Positions 12,601 to 28,000 of a DNA stretch of 64,000 nt are shown here, piece after piece. The translations under genes and the position numbers were made by a program. How positions within the stretch are numbered: the first letter of the stretch is position 1; each line of letters starts with the position of its first letter. The notes under the pieces are model-generated. The model ran no database searches. It was not told where the DNA came from and saw only the letters and a list, made by a program, of their open reading frames with translations. This stretch comes from Paraspadella gotoi. Taxonomy: Eukaryota > Animalia > Chaetognatha. The stretch spans positions 6,713,431-6,777,430 of the forward strand of contig CM119266.1 in the NCBI GenBank assembly GCA_051294375.1, written 5' to 3'.

Positions 12601-14673
12601 GTGATTAAAGTGAAGGAAGTCGAAGGAGAGAGAAAAAAATGAGAGGGAGGAAGGAATGGGAAGCGACAAGGAAAAAAAAGGAGATACGAAAGCTAAAGAA
12701 AAGAGAATTAAAAAAAAAAGAAACTTAAGAAGCGACGCTGAAAAAAAATTGTTGAAGAGTAATTTGTTGCTTCTTTCTTTGTGAGCGAAATTGCGAAGTT
12801 ACTCGTCTTCTCGAGTGAAGAAGAAGAAAAGGAAGAAAAAAAAAGAGGAAAGAAATGAGAAGTGAGTCGAGGCGACAAAAGGAAAAGAAAGAGTAACGTG
12901 CTTCACTAAAGAAATTTAAAAAAAGGCAAAATGGTCGTTCATCAAGTCTGCTTCAGACTCTTGGTAATTTACGGAGGCGAAAAACGACGCAAACTGCTAA
13001 GCGAGTTACGCTCAACCAATGGAGAACGGCGTATTAAAACTAAATTAAAATTTAATTAAAATTTATTAAATAAAGTTAAGATGAAATGACCGAAAAGTTT
13101 TAAATCGGACGGGACCACCACTGAGGACGTTGACTTGGTTGGAAGCGCCGTCGCCAAGAGGGAACTTCTGGTAGCGCGGGGACTTTGACGGGGGCGTGTC
13201 CGGAAGTGGTCGTGGAGGAGGGGTTCGAGGCGGATGGCCGATGGGTCAGAGGGTAGAAGAGGTTGAAGACTTGAAAGTTGCCAGCGATGGATCACCGATC
13301 TGCAGATTGAGTCGGGAAAGATTGGAAATTTGAGACCCGTGAAAGTTTGGGTTTGTAAAACTTCACTAAACGGCAACACGACTCTGAAGACTTCGGAAGA
13401 TACCTGTCAAAGACAGGGACAAAGATACCTTTTCATTTACTGAATAGAATAAATTTTAAAATACATTTTTATAAAAAAAACGTGATCAAACATGACAGCT
13501 TCTCATCCATTTAATAGTTCCCAAACAACATACATACATTACAATATGAAGAGTGTTTGCCGACAATCTACTACCACTCCAACTGATCCCCTGCACCAGT
13601 TGCGTAGAGAGGACGAGGGCAAGTGGATCCCGAAGAGAAAAAGATCCGACGCGTCGAAAAGTAAGTGAGGTTTGGCCGATCCAGATCGAGACACGCCACC
13701 ACGCCTCCCCGACCACGCCTCCGCCACTACGCGACAGCGCGAACGCCTCCGACGAAGTGCTGCCGCGGCGCGCCCCGCTGTCGACGGGAGCTGCAGGCCG
13801 GCGGCTGGTGGGAGAGAGTGGGGGTTGGGGGAAGGAGAAAAGAAGCAAAGAAAAAAATGAGAAATATTAAAAATAGAAAATAACGGTGAGAAATAATGAG
13901 ATTATGAACTACGATGAAAGACGCTTGAAAGAGAGAGAAGCGGAGATCGGCGAAAGAAATATATATATTATATATATTATATATGTATTGATTGCAGAGC
14001 AGTATTATCGAAGGAGAGAGCCTTAACAAAAGCCGCCAAAGTAGGGGCAAGATAGCTTATTATTAAAGAAGATAATTAAGTGTACTTTCTTCACTCAAGT
14101 ATCGAGTATTATATTCGATTATACTGGGAGGGTATACAATGATGCTTCTATACAGATCAGTGATAAACAACAAGACAGACCTGAAGCAGAACGAAGATGA
14201 GGAGAATACCCAAAGCCTGCAAAGTCGAAACTGTCAAAAAGATAATAAGATAGACGGAACGTAAGAAATGGAATGTTACGCTGCAGAAAACGTAGGATGT
14301 CAATGAAAGATGACATCGTATGTAAAGAAGAAACTGATGTCATAAAGAAATGACATCTAAAAAAGTAATACTTCCTCGTTCGTTATTTGCGACGGCGCGG
14401 GAACGAGCTCTCGTCGAAAACAAAAGAACAGAGAAAGATGAAGGAAAATTAAACACTCGTCTGACAAAGTTAACTGAAAAAGAAAATGGCGGAAGGAAAA
14501 GAAAATGGAAAACAGAATGGAAAAATAAAAAGAGAAAACGCAAACAGAATTGGGAATAGTGAGAAGAAGTAAGATAAAATAACATGGAAAAAAAAATTAC
14601 GTATAAAATGTTTCGCCTGAGCACATGGAATCTATAATCACGACTTCTCATTCTTCAAACGCCAGGGGGATAA

Positions 14674-14752
<79 letters not shown>

Positions 14753-17700
14753 GAAATGCGAGAAAACGACATACATACAATAAACATAAACAATAAACAA
14801 AAAAAATAAAAAAAAAAACAAAAAAAAACTCGCGCTAAAGTTTTCTTTTTCCTCTAAAAAGAAATTTGAGATTCCTCGTTTTTCTATTCGCGTTGACTCA
14901 GAGATTGAGTCCAGGATTTTTCGCGCGATAAACAAGTCGTCGAGAAAAACATTTGTCAAGAGAAAAGGAGAGGTTAGAAGGTTGTATAAAATTAGGGAAA
15001 AAAGGTGGGGAAGGGGGGAGGTGGGGAATGAAATTGGGGAAGTTGGGCAAGGAAAAAGGGGAGAAACAGAAACAGAAGGAGAAATAAATTTGGAGGAAAA
15101 GAAGGCTGATTGAAATTCGTTTAGAAAAGAAGAAATTTTTGCCCAAAAAATCATGGGTAGAAGAGTTGAAGAAAACACTGAGAGACAAAATAAATCATGT
15201 AAAACAAGAGGCTAAGAATAACTTACATCCTTTCGTCATTCACAATAAAAATCACGCCTAACTCACTGCAACGCCGCCGACTTGTAGAAACGCCGACGAA
15301 AGCTGACGGCGCCCATGCCGGCAGAGAGCGGGGCGAGCGTCCTTGGAGTGCGCCGCCGCCCAAGAATCCGCCGCTGAAGACGAGACGCTCCTCGAAACTC
15401 GGACGCGGTCAGGGATGTTAGAGAGTTCCGATCGCTAAACTCGGGAACAGGGACCTTCCAAGGACATGAGGGAGCCACCTAGAGAGATGGAAAGGGGTAA
15501 AAAGAAATTGTGAGAAGGTGGGAAGGTGGAAGGGAGGAGATGAAAATGGAACTAGAAGGTGGGAATGGAACAGTTGAAAAGGAATCAGGTGGAAGGGAAC
15601 AGATAATTCGGGGAGGAGGTGACGACAAAACGAGAAGGAGGAAAGGACGTTGAGAGGGGAAGAGAACCGGGAAGATTAAAGTCCTAATGAAATGATTCCC
15701 CAATCATAATCCCCAACCCGCCCTCCGAGGAGCAAATAAATAAAAAGACAATCTAGATGAAGAACGGCTTCAACGAAGAGGGCATAAAACAGGACAGAAT
15801 ATATAAAAGGAGCTTGAGGGGAGACCACATCGGGAATTTGTTTACCCAATTCGTGTTTATGCATATTTAACACTCGTTTCCAACCAAACATCATCGCTCA
15901 ATCCCTCGAAGGACAAGTTAATAAAGGCGGTCATATTCCACGTTGTGACGGAGGCAAATGAGGGAGGGAGGGGGGGAGAAGAGGGCGTCGTTTGGCCGCC
16001 GGTCGGCGAGAAGATGCGTAAACAAAGACTCCATTTTTTATCAAATTATTTATTCGGGGGTGGGGGGAGAGGAGAAATGATTTATAGACAACAGTCAGTT
16101 TTTCATTGGCCAAAAGGTAAGTTCCCTTCACTCACCGCATAACTCTGGCCTCCGCAGCAGCGCGTCGAAGGCGAGAGTCCGCCGTTGCAGTCGCCGATGA
16201 CGGAGACTTGGCCGGAGAAGCCGCCCCGTCGGGTGAATCCAAGAAGAGCGGAAGGCCTCGTTCGCCGCAGCCACAGTCTTCGTCGACGAGGAGATCGTAG
16301 TCCGGCTTTGTCATCGACAGCACTGGAAAAGTGTGGTTGTGACAGAGGTGATGACGACGCAGAGTTGTTGTTAGACGGTGTGTTATTGGTTCACACCTAA
16401 CTTCATCCCCCCCCCCCGAACCGCTTCATTAAACCGAGCGGCGTCTCTCCTATCTTTGTCCCCGCTCCATTAAACCGTTCCAACCCTTGAATTATGCAGA
16501 AAACCTCGGCGAAAAGGAAAAAGGCGACCGACCGACCGAAGAGAAAGAGAGAGAGAAATGCCTCTTTAATTACATCCTGGGGTTTTCGTGGCCACAAGAT
16601 TCGACTCAACTTTGTCGGAGGTAAAATCGGTCCATCGGCCCCGAAGAAAATTGACTTAACCGACGTTAAACCGACTTAAAAATGCTCGTTCCGGAGCACG
16701 AAACGCCGGGATTTTTTCGGAATCGTGAAAAGGTAATAAAGTTTTAAATTTTCGGCCAAAACACACAGAAAACTGGCGAGGAGAAAGTGAAAATAAACGT
16801 TCCTCGTGCATTCTGGCAATAGACGGTTTCCTTCCCCCCCCCATGTTGTATATTGGAAGGGTATAAAAGGAGGCAATAAAATCGATGGAAAAGACCGAGG
16901 ACTGAAGAAGGAAAACGAATCTGAGGAAAACATTAAGAAAAGGAAAGGCGGAGGGTAGGAGTGGTGGCGGAGGGTAGGGAGTGGTGGCGGAGGATAGGTA
17001 GTGGTGGCGGACGGTAGGAGTGATGGCGGAGAGTAGGGAGTGTGGCGGAGGGTAGGGAGTGGTGGGGGAGGGTGTCGAAATAACGCGGCTTCCCAGCGAA
17101 TGGAAAAATCTGAGATGGACAAATCGAAAACTAACAGACTCAGCAGCGGGAAGGCATAAGGATGGAAACATCATCATAAAGAAGCTGACAAGACAAACCG
17201 CTTTTCAGCCAATTTCCATTAACGTCTTCGTGACAAAAATATCCCCGAAAAAAACGACGCGAAATCTAAAATTCCAACGAAGAACCGAATTTTTGCAAAA
17301 CCGAAACTTATTGACCCTTCTAGACTAAATTAGAATAGATGAGCAACAAATCCCCCTCAACACCCCATACTTCCTGCTCCCTTTTCCACCCCCCCCTCTC
17401 CAAACTCACGCGGAGAGACGCCGATGGCGATGGCGTCGTGACAGGAAACCGTCGATCGAAACTGTTGGCCAGAGGCGACGCGCAGTGGAGTCCGAAAGGA
17501 TTGAGTTCGCGTCAGTGCGGACAGCGTGTCCGAACAGAGAGACGGGCAGCTGACGTGTCGGACGCGATGTGTCCGTTGAGCGGCGGGGTAGTGGATCTCG
17601 AGAGGCGGTTCAGGATGGACTGGGAGGAGTGGAGAGATTTAATAAAAGGGAAAAACAATAAGGATGAAGGAAGAAAAAGGGAAAGACAATAGACAGATGA

Positions 17701-19665
17701 ACAGAAAAAAGAAAGGATGAAAGAGGAAAGACAATAGAAGATGAAACAGAAAAAGAAAAGGATGAAAGAGGAAAGACAATAGAAAAGATGAACAGAAAAA
17801 AGAAAGGATGAAAGAGGAAAGACAATAGAAGATGAACAGAAAAAGAAAAGTGAAAGAGGAAAGACAATAAAGATGAACAGAAAAAAAAAGGAGAAAAGAC
17901 AATGAAGATGAACAGAAAGAAGAAAGGATGAAAGAGGAAGACAATAGAGATGAACAGAAAGGAAGGAAGAAAACATTAAGGAAGATTTAAAGTGGATCAA
18001 GATCTCGAGAGGAATGAATTGCGTCGTGGAGGCGAGAAATCTATTTGAGGATTTTGTCTGATCTTGCGCCTTTGATTAGTTTTTCGCAAGAACTTCATCT
18101 ACAAAAAATTTTCTTCATTAAAGTTATCGAAGCAGATCCTGGTGACAAGGGGGTAAGAGGGTAATAATTTTCAGCTAATTAGAAATCTGACTGACCCCTT
18201 TTCTTCAACTGACCTGACCCCTTTGTCCTCACCTGAAACGTGCCCGTTCGAAGCCTTGACGTGAGGTCCTGCCCTGGCGTCGAGAACAGATCCGCCGTGG
18301 AAGACGAGAATGAGGACGGCCGTCTTGCAGGGCAGCGGGAAGGGTGAGGCGTTGGGCGGCGGCTGCTGCGACAGCGCTGACGACGACGCCGTCGAAGACG
18401 CCAGCGACAAGGACCCTCCTTCGTCAGACGGAGTAGGATTGGTGTGGAGCGTATGCCGTCGGCGGAGAATCGAGATCGTCGTCATCGCTCGTCGTCGATG
18501 TCATTGTCGAAGATAGTCTCGTCGTCGGCAGACATGAGGAGGCTGTAGTAGCTGATGTGTCTGCTAAAAGGAAGAAATAAATAGGAGGAGGAGGAGAGGA
18601 TGGAAAAAGAGCGGGAAGAGAGCTCTACGAATTAATCCTCGACCTTCGTGAAAAGTTTTATCGAGACTAATTAGAATCTAAATTATTCATCGAAAACCAA
18701 TAAATAAAAAGGAACGTCTTCCCACCCAAAGTCCTGAACGACTGAGCGGGCGAGAGGCAGTCGTTCTCGTCGACGCCTTCCGCTTCGTCGCGACGCCGTC
18801 GCTGAGACACGTCCACCAGATCATCGCGCGGCTCGATCTGCAGCCATTCCACGAGTGGAGGTGGACATTCGAAGCCGCAGAGGGAGGACGCCGGCTCGTC
18901 CGGTTCCATCGCGTCGAAGAAGAGGTCATCCTCACCCGGCTGACGGGGGGAGGATGGGGTGTAGAAGGAGGGGGATAGGGTGGGGATGGAGGGGATGGGT
19001 GTAGAAGGAGAGGGGGAAATGTGGGGTGGGGAAGGAGGGGGATGGGTGGGGAAGGAGGGAAGGGATGGGGTGTAGAAGGAGGCGGATGAGGGTGGGGAAG
19101 GTTGAAAGAGCAAGAAGAATAAACAAAAGAGGAAGACAGAACAATTTATTTAAACAAAATCAAAAAACCAAAATCAATAAAATCATCGAATCAAATCAAA
19201 TCCAATGAATAAAATGTAAGCAAATCAATCGCATTAAAATATATTAATTAAAAAATATATGACCTATCAAATCCAAAATGATCATTCATATCAATTTCAT
19301 TAAAACCAAAATAAAAGAAAAATGCATCGAAAAAATTATTATCAAACACATGAAAACTAATTCAATTCCAAACAAAAATATCCAAAACAACACAGATATT
19401 TTTTCCCCTTGAACCAAATGGCGATTCTCACTGGAAGGAATTGAGTCGTCGTCATCATCCTGAGCGATGGCGCGCATCCTCCACGAGAGGCCCTCCACGT
19501 CGACCTCCAAGCTGCGTCGATGGCGCGTAACGCGCCGCGCTGTCGCTGGACACGCGGCGCAGGCGCGGACTCGCGTCTCCAGGGCGCCGCCGCTGCCGCC
19601 GACCGCCGTTGAGCGCGGCGCCGAAGGCGTGGAGAGTGGAGAGGCGCGATCGCGGGTGGCGTGGA
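9683..19665 (-). repeat. Left arm of a ~10-kb inverted duplication: a reverse-complement, frameshifted copy of 20093-~29961 (PITPNM exon 6 to the penultimate exon, with introns)
   Basis: The mirror match is colinear throughout. Examples: 9683 AAGAGTGGGAAAATAAGAA vs ~29960 TTCTTATTTTTCCCACTCTT; 16132-16323(-) [15 protein letters not shown] vs 23408-23605(+); 19641-19665 vs 20093-20118. Differences are mostly 1-bp indels. Confidence 0.95.
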
Positions 19666-20092
19666 GGAGTCGGTTCTTCCTGAAAAGGGTAGAAGGAGAG
19701 AAGGTGGGTGGGAGGAGAGAAGAGTGGGAGTGGGAGAGAGAATGTGGGTGGGGAGAGAATCGGAGAGGTGGTGTGGAGGGGAGGAGGGGGCTGGCAGGAG
19801 AGGTGGGTGTGGAGAGGCCGCAGAGAAGGTGGGGTGGGAGGGACGAGAAGGTGGACTTGGGAGAAGAGAAAAGGTGGGGTGGGAGGGAGAGAAGGTGGGG
19901 TGGGAGGAAGAGTAATGGTGGCGTGAGAAGAAAGATGAGAAGGGTGGTGGTGGGAGGATAGAAGTGGTTGGAGAGAGAGAAGTGGGGTGAGGAGAAGGAT
20001 TAGGGTGGAGGGAGAGAAGTTGGGGTGCGGAGGAGAGAAGGTGTGGTGGGAGGGAGAGAGGGAGACGGAATGGAGAAAAGTACGAAAAGGAA

Positions 20093-23000
20093 TCCACGCC
20101 CACCCGCGATCGCGCCTCCTCCACATCTCCACGCCCATCGGCGCCGCGCATCAACGGCGTCGGCGGCAGCGGCGGCGCCCTGGAGACGCCGAGTCCGCGC
20201 CTGCGCCGCGTGTCCAGCGACAGCGCGGCGCGTTACGCGGCCCATCGACGCAGCTTGGAGGTCGACGTGGAGGGCCTCTCGTGGAGGATGCGCGCCATCG
20301 CTCAGGATGATGACGACGACTCAATTCCTTCCAGTGAGAATCGCCATTTGGTTCAAGGGGAAAAAATATCTGTGTTGTTTTGGATATTTTTGTTTGGATT
20401 GAATTAGTTTCATGTGTTTAATATAATTTTTTCGATGCATTTCTTTTGATTTTAATGAATTGATATGAATGAGCATTTTGATTTGATAGGTCATATATTT
20501 TGCTAATTAATTAAATATATTTAATGCGATTGATTTGCTTACATTTTATTCATTGGATTTGATTTATTGATTCGATGATTTTATTGATTTTGGTTTGTTT
20601 GATTTTGTTTAAATAAATTGTTCTGTCTTCCTCTTTTGTTTATTCTTCTTGCTCTTCAACCTTTCCCCACCCCTCCCCCTCCTTCTACACCCATCCCTTT
20701 CCTTCCCCACCCATCCCCTCCTTACCCACCCCATCCCCCTCTCTATCTACCCATCCCCTCCTTCCCACACCCATCCCCCTCCTTCTACACCCCATCCTCC
20801 CCCCGTCAGCCGGCTGAGGATGACCTCTTCTTCGACGCGATGGAACCGGACGAGCCGGCGTCCTCCCTTGCGGCTTCAGATGTCCACCTCCTCGTGGAAT
20901 GGCTGCAGATCGACGCCGCGATGATCTGGTGGACGTCTCAGCGACGGCGTCGCCACGAAGCGGAAGGCGTCGACGAGAACGGACTGCCTCTCGCCGCCAT
21001 CAGTCGTTCAGGACTTGGGTGGGAGACGTTCCTTTTATTTATTGGTTTTCGATGAATAATTAATTACTAAATTAGTCTCGGTAAAACTTTTCACGAAGGT
21101 CGAGGATTAATTTCGTAAGCTCTCTTCCCGCTTCTTTTTCCTCCTCCTCCTCCTCCTCCTATTTATTTTCTTCCCCTTTTACAGACACCATCAGCACTAC
21201 AGCCTCCTTCATGTCCTGTCCCGACGACGAGACTATCTTCGACGATGACATCGACGACGACGATGACGACGATCTCGATTCTCCGCCGACGGCTCGACGC
21301 TCCACACCCAAATCCTACCTCCGTCTGACGAAGGAGGCGTCCTTGTCGCTGGCGTCTTCGACGGCGTCGTCGTCAGCGCTGTCGCAGCAGCCGCCGCCCA
21401 ACGCCTCACCCTTCCCGCTGCCCTGCAAGACGGCCGTCCTCATTCTCGTCTTCCACGGCGGATCTGTTCTCGACGCCGGGCAGGACCTCACCGTCAAGGC
21501 TTCCGACACGGGCACGTTTCAGGTGAGGAAAAGGGGTCAGGTCAGTTGAAGAAAAGGGGTCAGGTCAGATTTCTAATTAGCTGAAAATTATTACCCTCTT
21601 ACCCCCTTGTCACCAGGATCTGCTTCGATAACTTTAATGAAGAAAATTTTTTGTAGATGAAGTTCTTGCGAAAAACTAATCAAGGCGCCAGATCAGACAA
21701 AATCCTCAAATCGATTTTCTCGCCTCCACGACGCAATTCATTCCTCTCGAGATCTTGATCCACTTTAAATCTTCCTTAATGTTTTCTTCCTTCCTTTCTG
21801 TTCATCTTCTATTGTCTTTCCTCTTTCATCCTTTTCTTCTTTCTGTTCATCTTCTATTGTCTTTCCTCCTTTTCTTTTTTCTGTTCATCTTCTATTGTCT
21901 TTCCTCTTTCATCCTTTTCTTTTTTCTGTTCATCTTCTATTGTCTTTCCTCTTTCATCCTTTTCTTTTTTCTGTTCATCTTCTATTGTCTTTCCTCTTTC
22001 ATCCTTTCCTTTTTTTCTGTTCATCTTCTATTGTCTTTCCTTTTTCTTCCTTTCATCCTTATTGTTTTCCCTTTTATTAAATCTCTCCACTCCTCTCCCA
22101 GTCCACCCTGAACCGCCTCCTCGAGATCCACTACCCCGCCGCTCACGGACACATCGCCGTCCGACACGTCAGCTGCCCGTCTCTCTGTTCGGACACGCTG
22201 TCCGCACTGACGCGACTCAATCCTTTCGGACTCCACTGCGCGTCGCCTCTGGCCAACAGTTTCGATCCGACGGTTTCCTGTCACGACGCCATCGCCATCG
22301 GCGTCTCTCCGCGTGAGTTTGGAGAGGGGGGGGGTGGAAAAGGGAGCAGGAAGTATGGGGTGTTGAGGGGGATTTGTTGCTCATCTATTCTAATTTAGTC
22401 TAGAAGGGTCAATAAGTTTCGGGTTTTGCAAAAATTCGGTTCCTTCGTTGGAATTTTAGATTTCGGCGTCGTTTTTTTCGGGGGGATATTTTTTGTCACG
22501 AAGACGTTAATGGAAATTGGCTGAAAAGCGGTTTGTCTTGTCAGCTTCTTTATGATGATGTTTCCATCCTTATGCCTTCCCCGCTGCTGAGTCTGTTAGT
22601 TTTTCGATTTGTCATCTCAGATTTTTCCTTCGCTGGGAAAGCCGCGGTTATTCGACACCCCTCCGCCACCACTCCCTACCCTCCGCCACCACTCCCTACT
22701 CTCCGCCATCACTCCCTACCCTCCGCCACCACTACCTATCCTCCGCCACCACTCCCTACCCTCCGCCACCACTCCCTACCCTCCGCCTTTCTCTTTTCTT
22801 AATGGTTTTCCTCAGATTCGTTTTCCTTCTTCAGTCCTCGGGTCTTTTCCATCGATTTTATTGCCTCCTTTTATACCCTTCCAATATTCCAACATGGGGG
22901 GGGGGAAGGAAACCGTCTATTTGCCAGAATCACGAGAACGTTATTTTCACTTTCTCCTCGCAGTTTCGTGTGTTTTGGCCCGAAAATTTAAAACTTTATT

Positions 23001-25014
23001 ACCTTTTCACGATTCCGATAAAAATCCCGGCGTTTCGGCTCCGGAACGAGCATTTTTAAGTCGGTTTAACGTCGGTTAAGTCAATTTTGTTCGGGGCCGA
23101 TGGAACCGATTTTACTCCGACAAAGTTGAGTCGAATCTTGTGGCCACGAAAACCCCCAGGATGTAAATTAAAGAGGCCATTTCTCTCTCTCTTTCTCTTC
23201 GGTCGGTCGGTCGCCTTCTTTCCTTTTCGCCGAGGTTTTCTGCATAATTCAGGCGTTGGAACGGTTTAATGGAGCGGGGACAAAGATAGGAGAGACGCCG
23301 CTCGGTTTAATGAAGCGGTTCGGGGGGGGGGGGATGAAGTTAGGTGTGAACCCAACCACCCGTCAAAACCTCGTCGATCACCTCTGTCACAACCACCACC
23401 TTTTCCAGTGCTGTCGATGACAAAGCCGGACTACGATCTCCTCGTCGACGAGACTGTGGCTGCGGCGAACGAGGCCTTCCGCTCTTTCTTGGATTCACCC
23501 GACGGGGCGGGCTTCTCCGGCCAAGTCTCCGTCATCGGCGACTGCAACGGCGGACTCCTCGCCTTCGACGCGCTGCTGCGGAGGCCAGAGTTTATCGGTG
23601 AGTGAAGGGAACTTACCTTTTGGCCAAATGAAAAATGACTGTTGTCCTGAAATCATTTCTCTCTCCCCCCACCCCCGAATAAATAATTTGATAAAAAATG
23701 GAGTCTTTGTTTACGCATCTTCTCGCCGACCGGCGCCAAACGACGCCTCTTCTCCCCCCCTCGCCCTCCCCTCATTCGCCTCCCGTCACAACGTGGAAAT
23801 ATGACCGCCTTTATTAACTTGTCCTTCGAGGATTTGAGCGATGATGTTTGGTTGGAAACGAGGTTAAATATTGCGTAAACACGAATTGGGTAAACAATTC
23901 CCGATGTGGTCTCCCCTCAAGCTCCTTTTATATATTCTCTCCTGTTTATTGGCCTCTTCGTTGAAGCCGTTCTTCATCTAGATTGTCTTTTTTATTTTAT
24001 TTGCTCCCTCGGAGGGCGGGGATTGGGGATTATGGATTGGGGAATCATTTCATTCAGGAGCTTTAATCTTCCCCGGGTCTTCTCTTCCCCCTCTCAACGT
24101 CCCTTCCTCCTTCTCTCTTTGTCGTCCCCTCCTCCCCGAATTATCTGTTCCCTTCCCACCTGATTCCTTTTCAACTGTTCCATTCCCACCTTCTAATTCC
24201 ATTTTCATCTCCTCCCTTCCCACCTTCCCACCTTCTCACAATTTCTTTTTACCCCCTTTCCATCTCTCTAGGTGGCTCCCTCATGTCCTTGGAAGGTCCC
24301 TGTTCCGAGTTTAGCGATCGGAACTCTCTAACATCCCTGGACCGCCGTCCGAGTTTCGAGGGAGCGTCGTCGTCTTCAGCGGCGGATTCGTTGGGCGGCG
24401 GCGCCTCCAAGGACGCCTCGCCCCCGCTCTCTGCCGGCATGGGCGCCGTCAGCTTCGTCGGCGTTTCTCACAAGTCGGCGGCGTTGAGTGAGTTAGGGCG
24501 TGATTTTTTTGTGAATGACGAAAGGATGTAAGTTATTTCTTAGCCTCTTGTTTTACATGATTTATTTTGTCTCTCCAGTGTTTTCTTCAACTTTCTACCC
24601 ATGATTTTTTTGGGCAAAAATTTTCTTCTTTTCTAAACGAATTTCAATCAGCCTTCTTTTCCCTCCAAATTTATTTCTCCTTCTGTTTCTGTTTCTCCCC
24701 CTTTTTGCCCCAACTTCCCCAATTTCATTCCCCACCTCCCCCCCTTCCCCCACCCTTTTTTCCCCTAATTTTATACAACCTTCTAACCTCCTCCTTTTCC
24801 TCTTGACAAATGTTGTTTCTCGACGACTTGTTTATCGCGCGAAAAAATCCTGGACTCAATTCTCTGAGTCAACGCGAATAGAAAAACGAGGAATCTCAAA
24901 TTTCTTTTATGCAGGAAAAAAAGAAACTTTAGCGCGAGTTTTTTTAGTTTTTTTTATTTTATTTTGTTTTGTTTTATTGTTTATTGTTTATGTATGTCGT
25001 TTCTCGCATTTCCC

Positions 25015-25082
<68 letters not shown>

Positions 25083-28000
25083 ACTCCCCCCTGGCGTTTG
25101 AAGAATGAGAAGTCGTGAATTATAGATTCCATGTTGCTCAGGCGAAACATTTATACGTATTTTTTTTTCCATGATTATTTTATCTCTACCTTCTCTCTCA
25201 CTATTCCCAATTCTGTTTGCGTTTCTCTTTTTATTTTCCATTCTTGTTTTCCATTTTCAATTTTCCTTCCGCCATTTTTCTTTTTTCAGTTAACTTTGTC
25301 AGACGAGTTGTTTATTTTCCTTCATCTCTTTCTCTGTTCTTTTGTTTTCGACGAAGAAGCTCGTTCCCCGCGCCGTCGCAAATTAACGAAACGAGGAAAA
25401 AGTATTACGTTTTTTAGATGTCATCTTCTTTATGACATCTAGTTTCTTCTATTACATACGATGTCATCTTTCATATGACATCCTACGTTTCTGCAGGCGT
25501 AACATTCTTTGTCATATCATTTTGACGTTTCGTTTTTTCGTCTGCCTTCGAATACTTATATAATACATATATAATTATATATAATATATATATATTTCTT
25601 TCGCCGAATCCGCTTTCTCTCTCTTTCAGCGTCTTTCAATCGTAGTTCATAATCTCATTATTTCTTCACCGTTATTTTTCTATTTTTAATATTTCTCATC
25701 TTTTTTCTTTTCCCTCCCACCCAACCCACCCCCACTCTCTCCCACCCAACCCCCCACTCTCTCCCACCAGCCGCCGGCCTGCAGCTCCCGTCGACAGCGG
25801 GGCTGCGCCGCGGCAGCACTTCGTCGGAGGCGTTCGCGCTGTCGGGCGTAGTGGGCGGAGGCGTGGTCGGCGGAGGCGTGGTGGGCGTGTCTCGATCTGG
25901 ATCGGCCAAACCTCACTTACTTTTCGACGCGTCGGATCTTTTTCTCTTCGGGAGTCCACTTGCCCTCGTCCTCTTCTACCGGCAACTGGTGCAGGGATCC
26001 AGGTTGGGAGTGGTGTAAGAATTGTCGGCAAACACTCTTCATATTGTATGTATGTATGTTGTTTGGGAACTATTAAATGGATGAGAACGCTGTCATGTTT
26101 GATCACGTTTTTTTTTATAAAAATTGTATTTTAAAATTTATCTATTCATGAAATGAGTAAGGTATCTTGTCCCTGTCTTTGGACAGGTATCTTCCGAAGT
26201 CTTTCAGAAGTCGTGTTGCCGTTTAGTGAAGTTTTTACAACCCAAACTTTCACGGTCTCAAATTTCCAATCTTTTCCCGACTCAATCTGCAGATCGGTGA
26301 TCCACGCTGGCAACTTTCAAGTCTTCAACCTCTTCTACCCCTCTGACCCATCGGCCATCCGCCTCGAACCCCTCCTCCACGACCACTTCCGGGACACGCC
26401 CCCCGTCAAAGTCCCGCGCTACCAGAAGTTCCCTCTTGGCGACGGCGCTTCCAACCAAGTCAACGTCCCTCAGTGGTGAGTCCCGTCCGATTTAAAACCT
26501 TTTCCGGTCATTTCATCTTAACTTTATTTTAATTAAATTTTAATTAAATTTTAATTTAGTTTTTAATCGCGTTCTCCATTGGTTGAGCGTAACTCGCTTA
26601 GCAGTTGCGTCGTTTTCGCCTCCGTAAATTACCAAGAGTCTGAGCAGACTTGATGAACGACCATTTTGCCTTTTTTTAAAATTTCTTTAGTGAAGCACGT
26701 TACTCTTTCTTTTCCTTTTGTCGCCTCGACTCACTTCTCATTTCTTTTCCTCTTTTTTTTTTCTTCCTTTTCTTCTTCACTCGAGAAGACGAGTAACTTC
26801 GCAATTTCGCTCACAAAGAAAGAAGCCACAAATTAACTCTTCCAACAATTTTTTTCAGCGTCGCTTCTTAAGTTTCCTTTTTTTTTTAATTCTCTTTTCT
26901 TTAGCTTTCGTATCTCCTTTATTTTCCTTCTCGCTTCCCATTCCCTTCCTCCTCTCATTTTTTTCTCTCTCCCTTTCGACTTCCCTTCACTATTAATCAC
27001 CGTTTCATTATCTACTTACTTTTCCTCTTCCCCAAGGTGGGGAAGTCAGCGCATCGACTTCGCGCTTTACTCACCAGAGGCACTGCGCAACTTTCCTCCG
27101 GCGGCGCTGCCTCACCTCTTCCACGCCTCCTACTGGGAATCCTACGACGTCACAGCTTTCGTCATCCGTCAGGTTCGCTATCTTTCGAGGAAAGTGTGGT
27201 GTGACGTAAGAGAGAGAAAGAGAGAGACAGAGAGACAGAGAAATTTTCTCAAACTTCTTCCGTTTCTCAGATTTTAAAATTGGATCCCCTGAACGAGAGC
27301 AGCGTCTGCACCGTGACTGAAGACGCCGTCGCGACTGATAATCTCCAACCGCCGAAAGGCCCTTCCTTCAAACCGGGTCAAGCGAGAGAAAAGTGGATGA
27401 GGAAGAGAACGACGGGTTAGGAAAACTTGTTTCGTTTCTCTCACATGAATGTACATCTTTTGATTCAAGCCGACTATTCATTACAACTTTGTTCGATAAA
27501 TGAGTTATGAGTTACGAATATGTTCAGAGCCAGTTCAGATCATTTGAGTCATAATTTAAACAATATAAAAGAAATTTTAAATGAACCCATGACACTTTTA
27601 GTAATTTACTACTATATGCAAATTAGATTATGAACTTAATCTCATTTTGAAATTTCTCCACCCCTCCCATCCCATTTCTCATTCCTCACCCCTGTTTAGT
27701 AAAACTAAAGAACGTGACGGCGAACCATCGCGCCAACGACGTCATCTGCGTGGAGAACGGCGACCAGATCCTCCAGGGTCGCTTCATGTACGGACCCCTG
27801 GACATGGTGGCGCTCACCGGGGAGAAGGTGGACGTCCACATCCAGTCGGCCCCGCCCACCGGAGATTGGGTCTATTTCGGGATGGCGCTGACGGATTCCA
27901 CTGGGAGGATCGCCTTCGAAGTCTCGCCGGAGAAGAGGCTTCCACAGGTTGATTGGGGTTTGGAGGGGTGTTGGCGGGTGTTGAGGGGATGGGAAGAAGA

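Noticed and set aside
10000-19700. A second, antisense PITPNM paralogue
   Set aside because: It has no PITP exons or final exon, many frameshifts, and introns as similar as exons. It is the inverted arm, not an independent gene.
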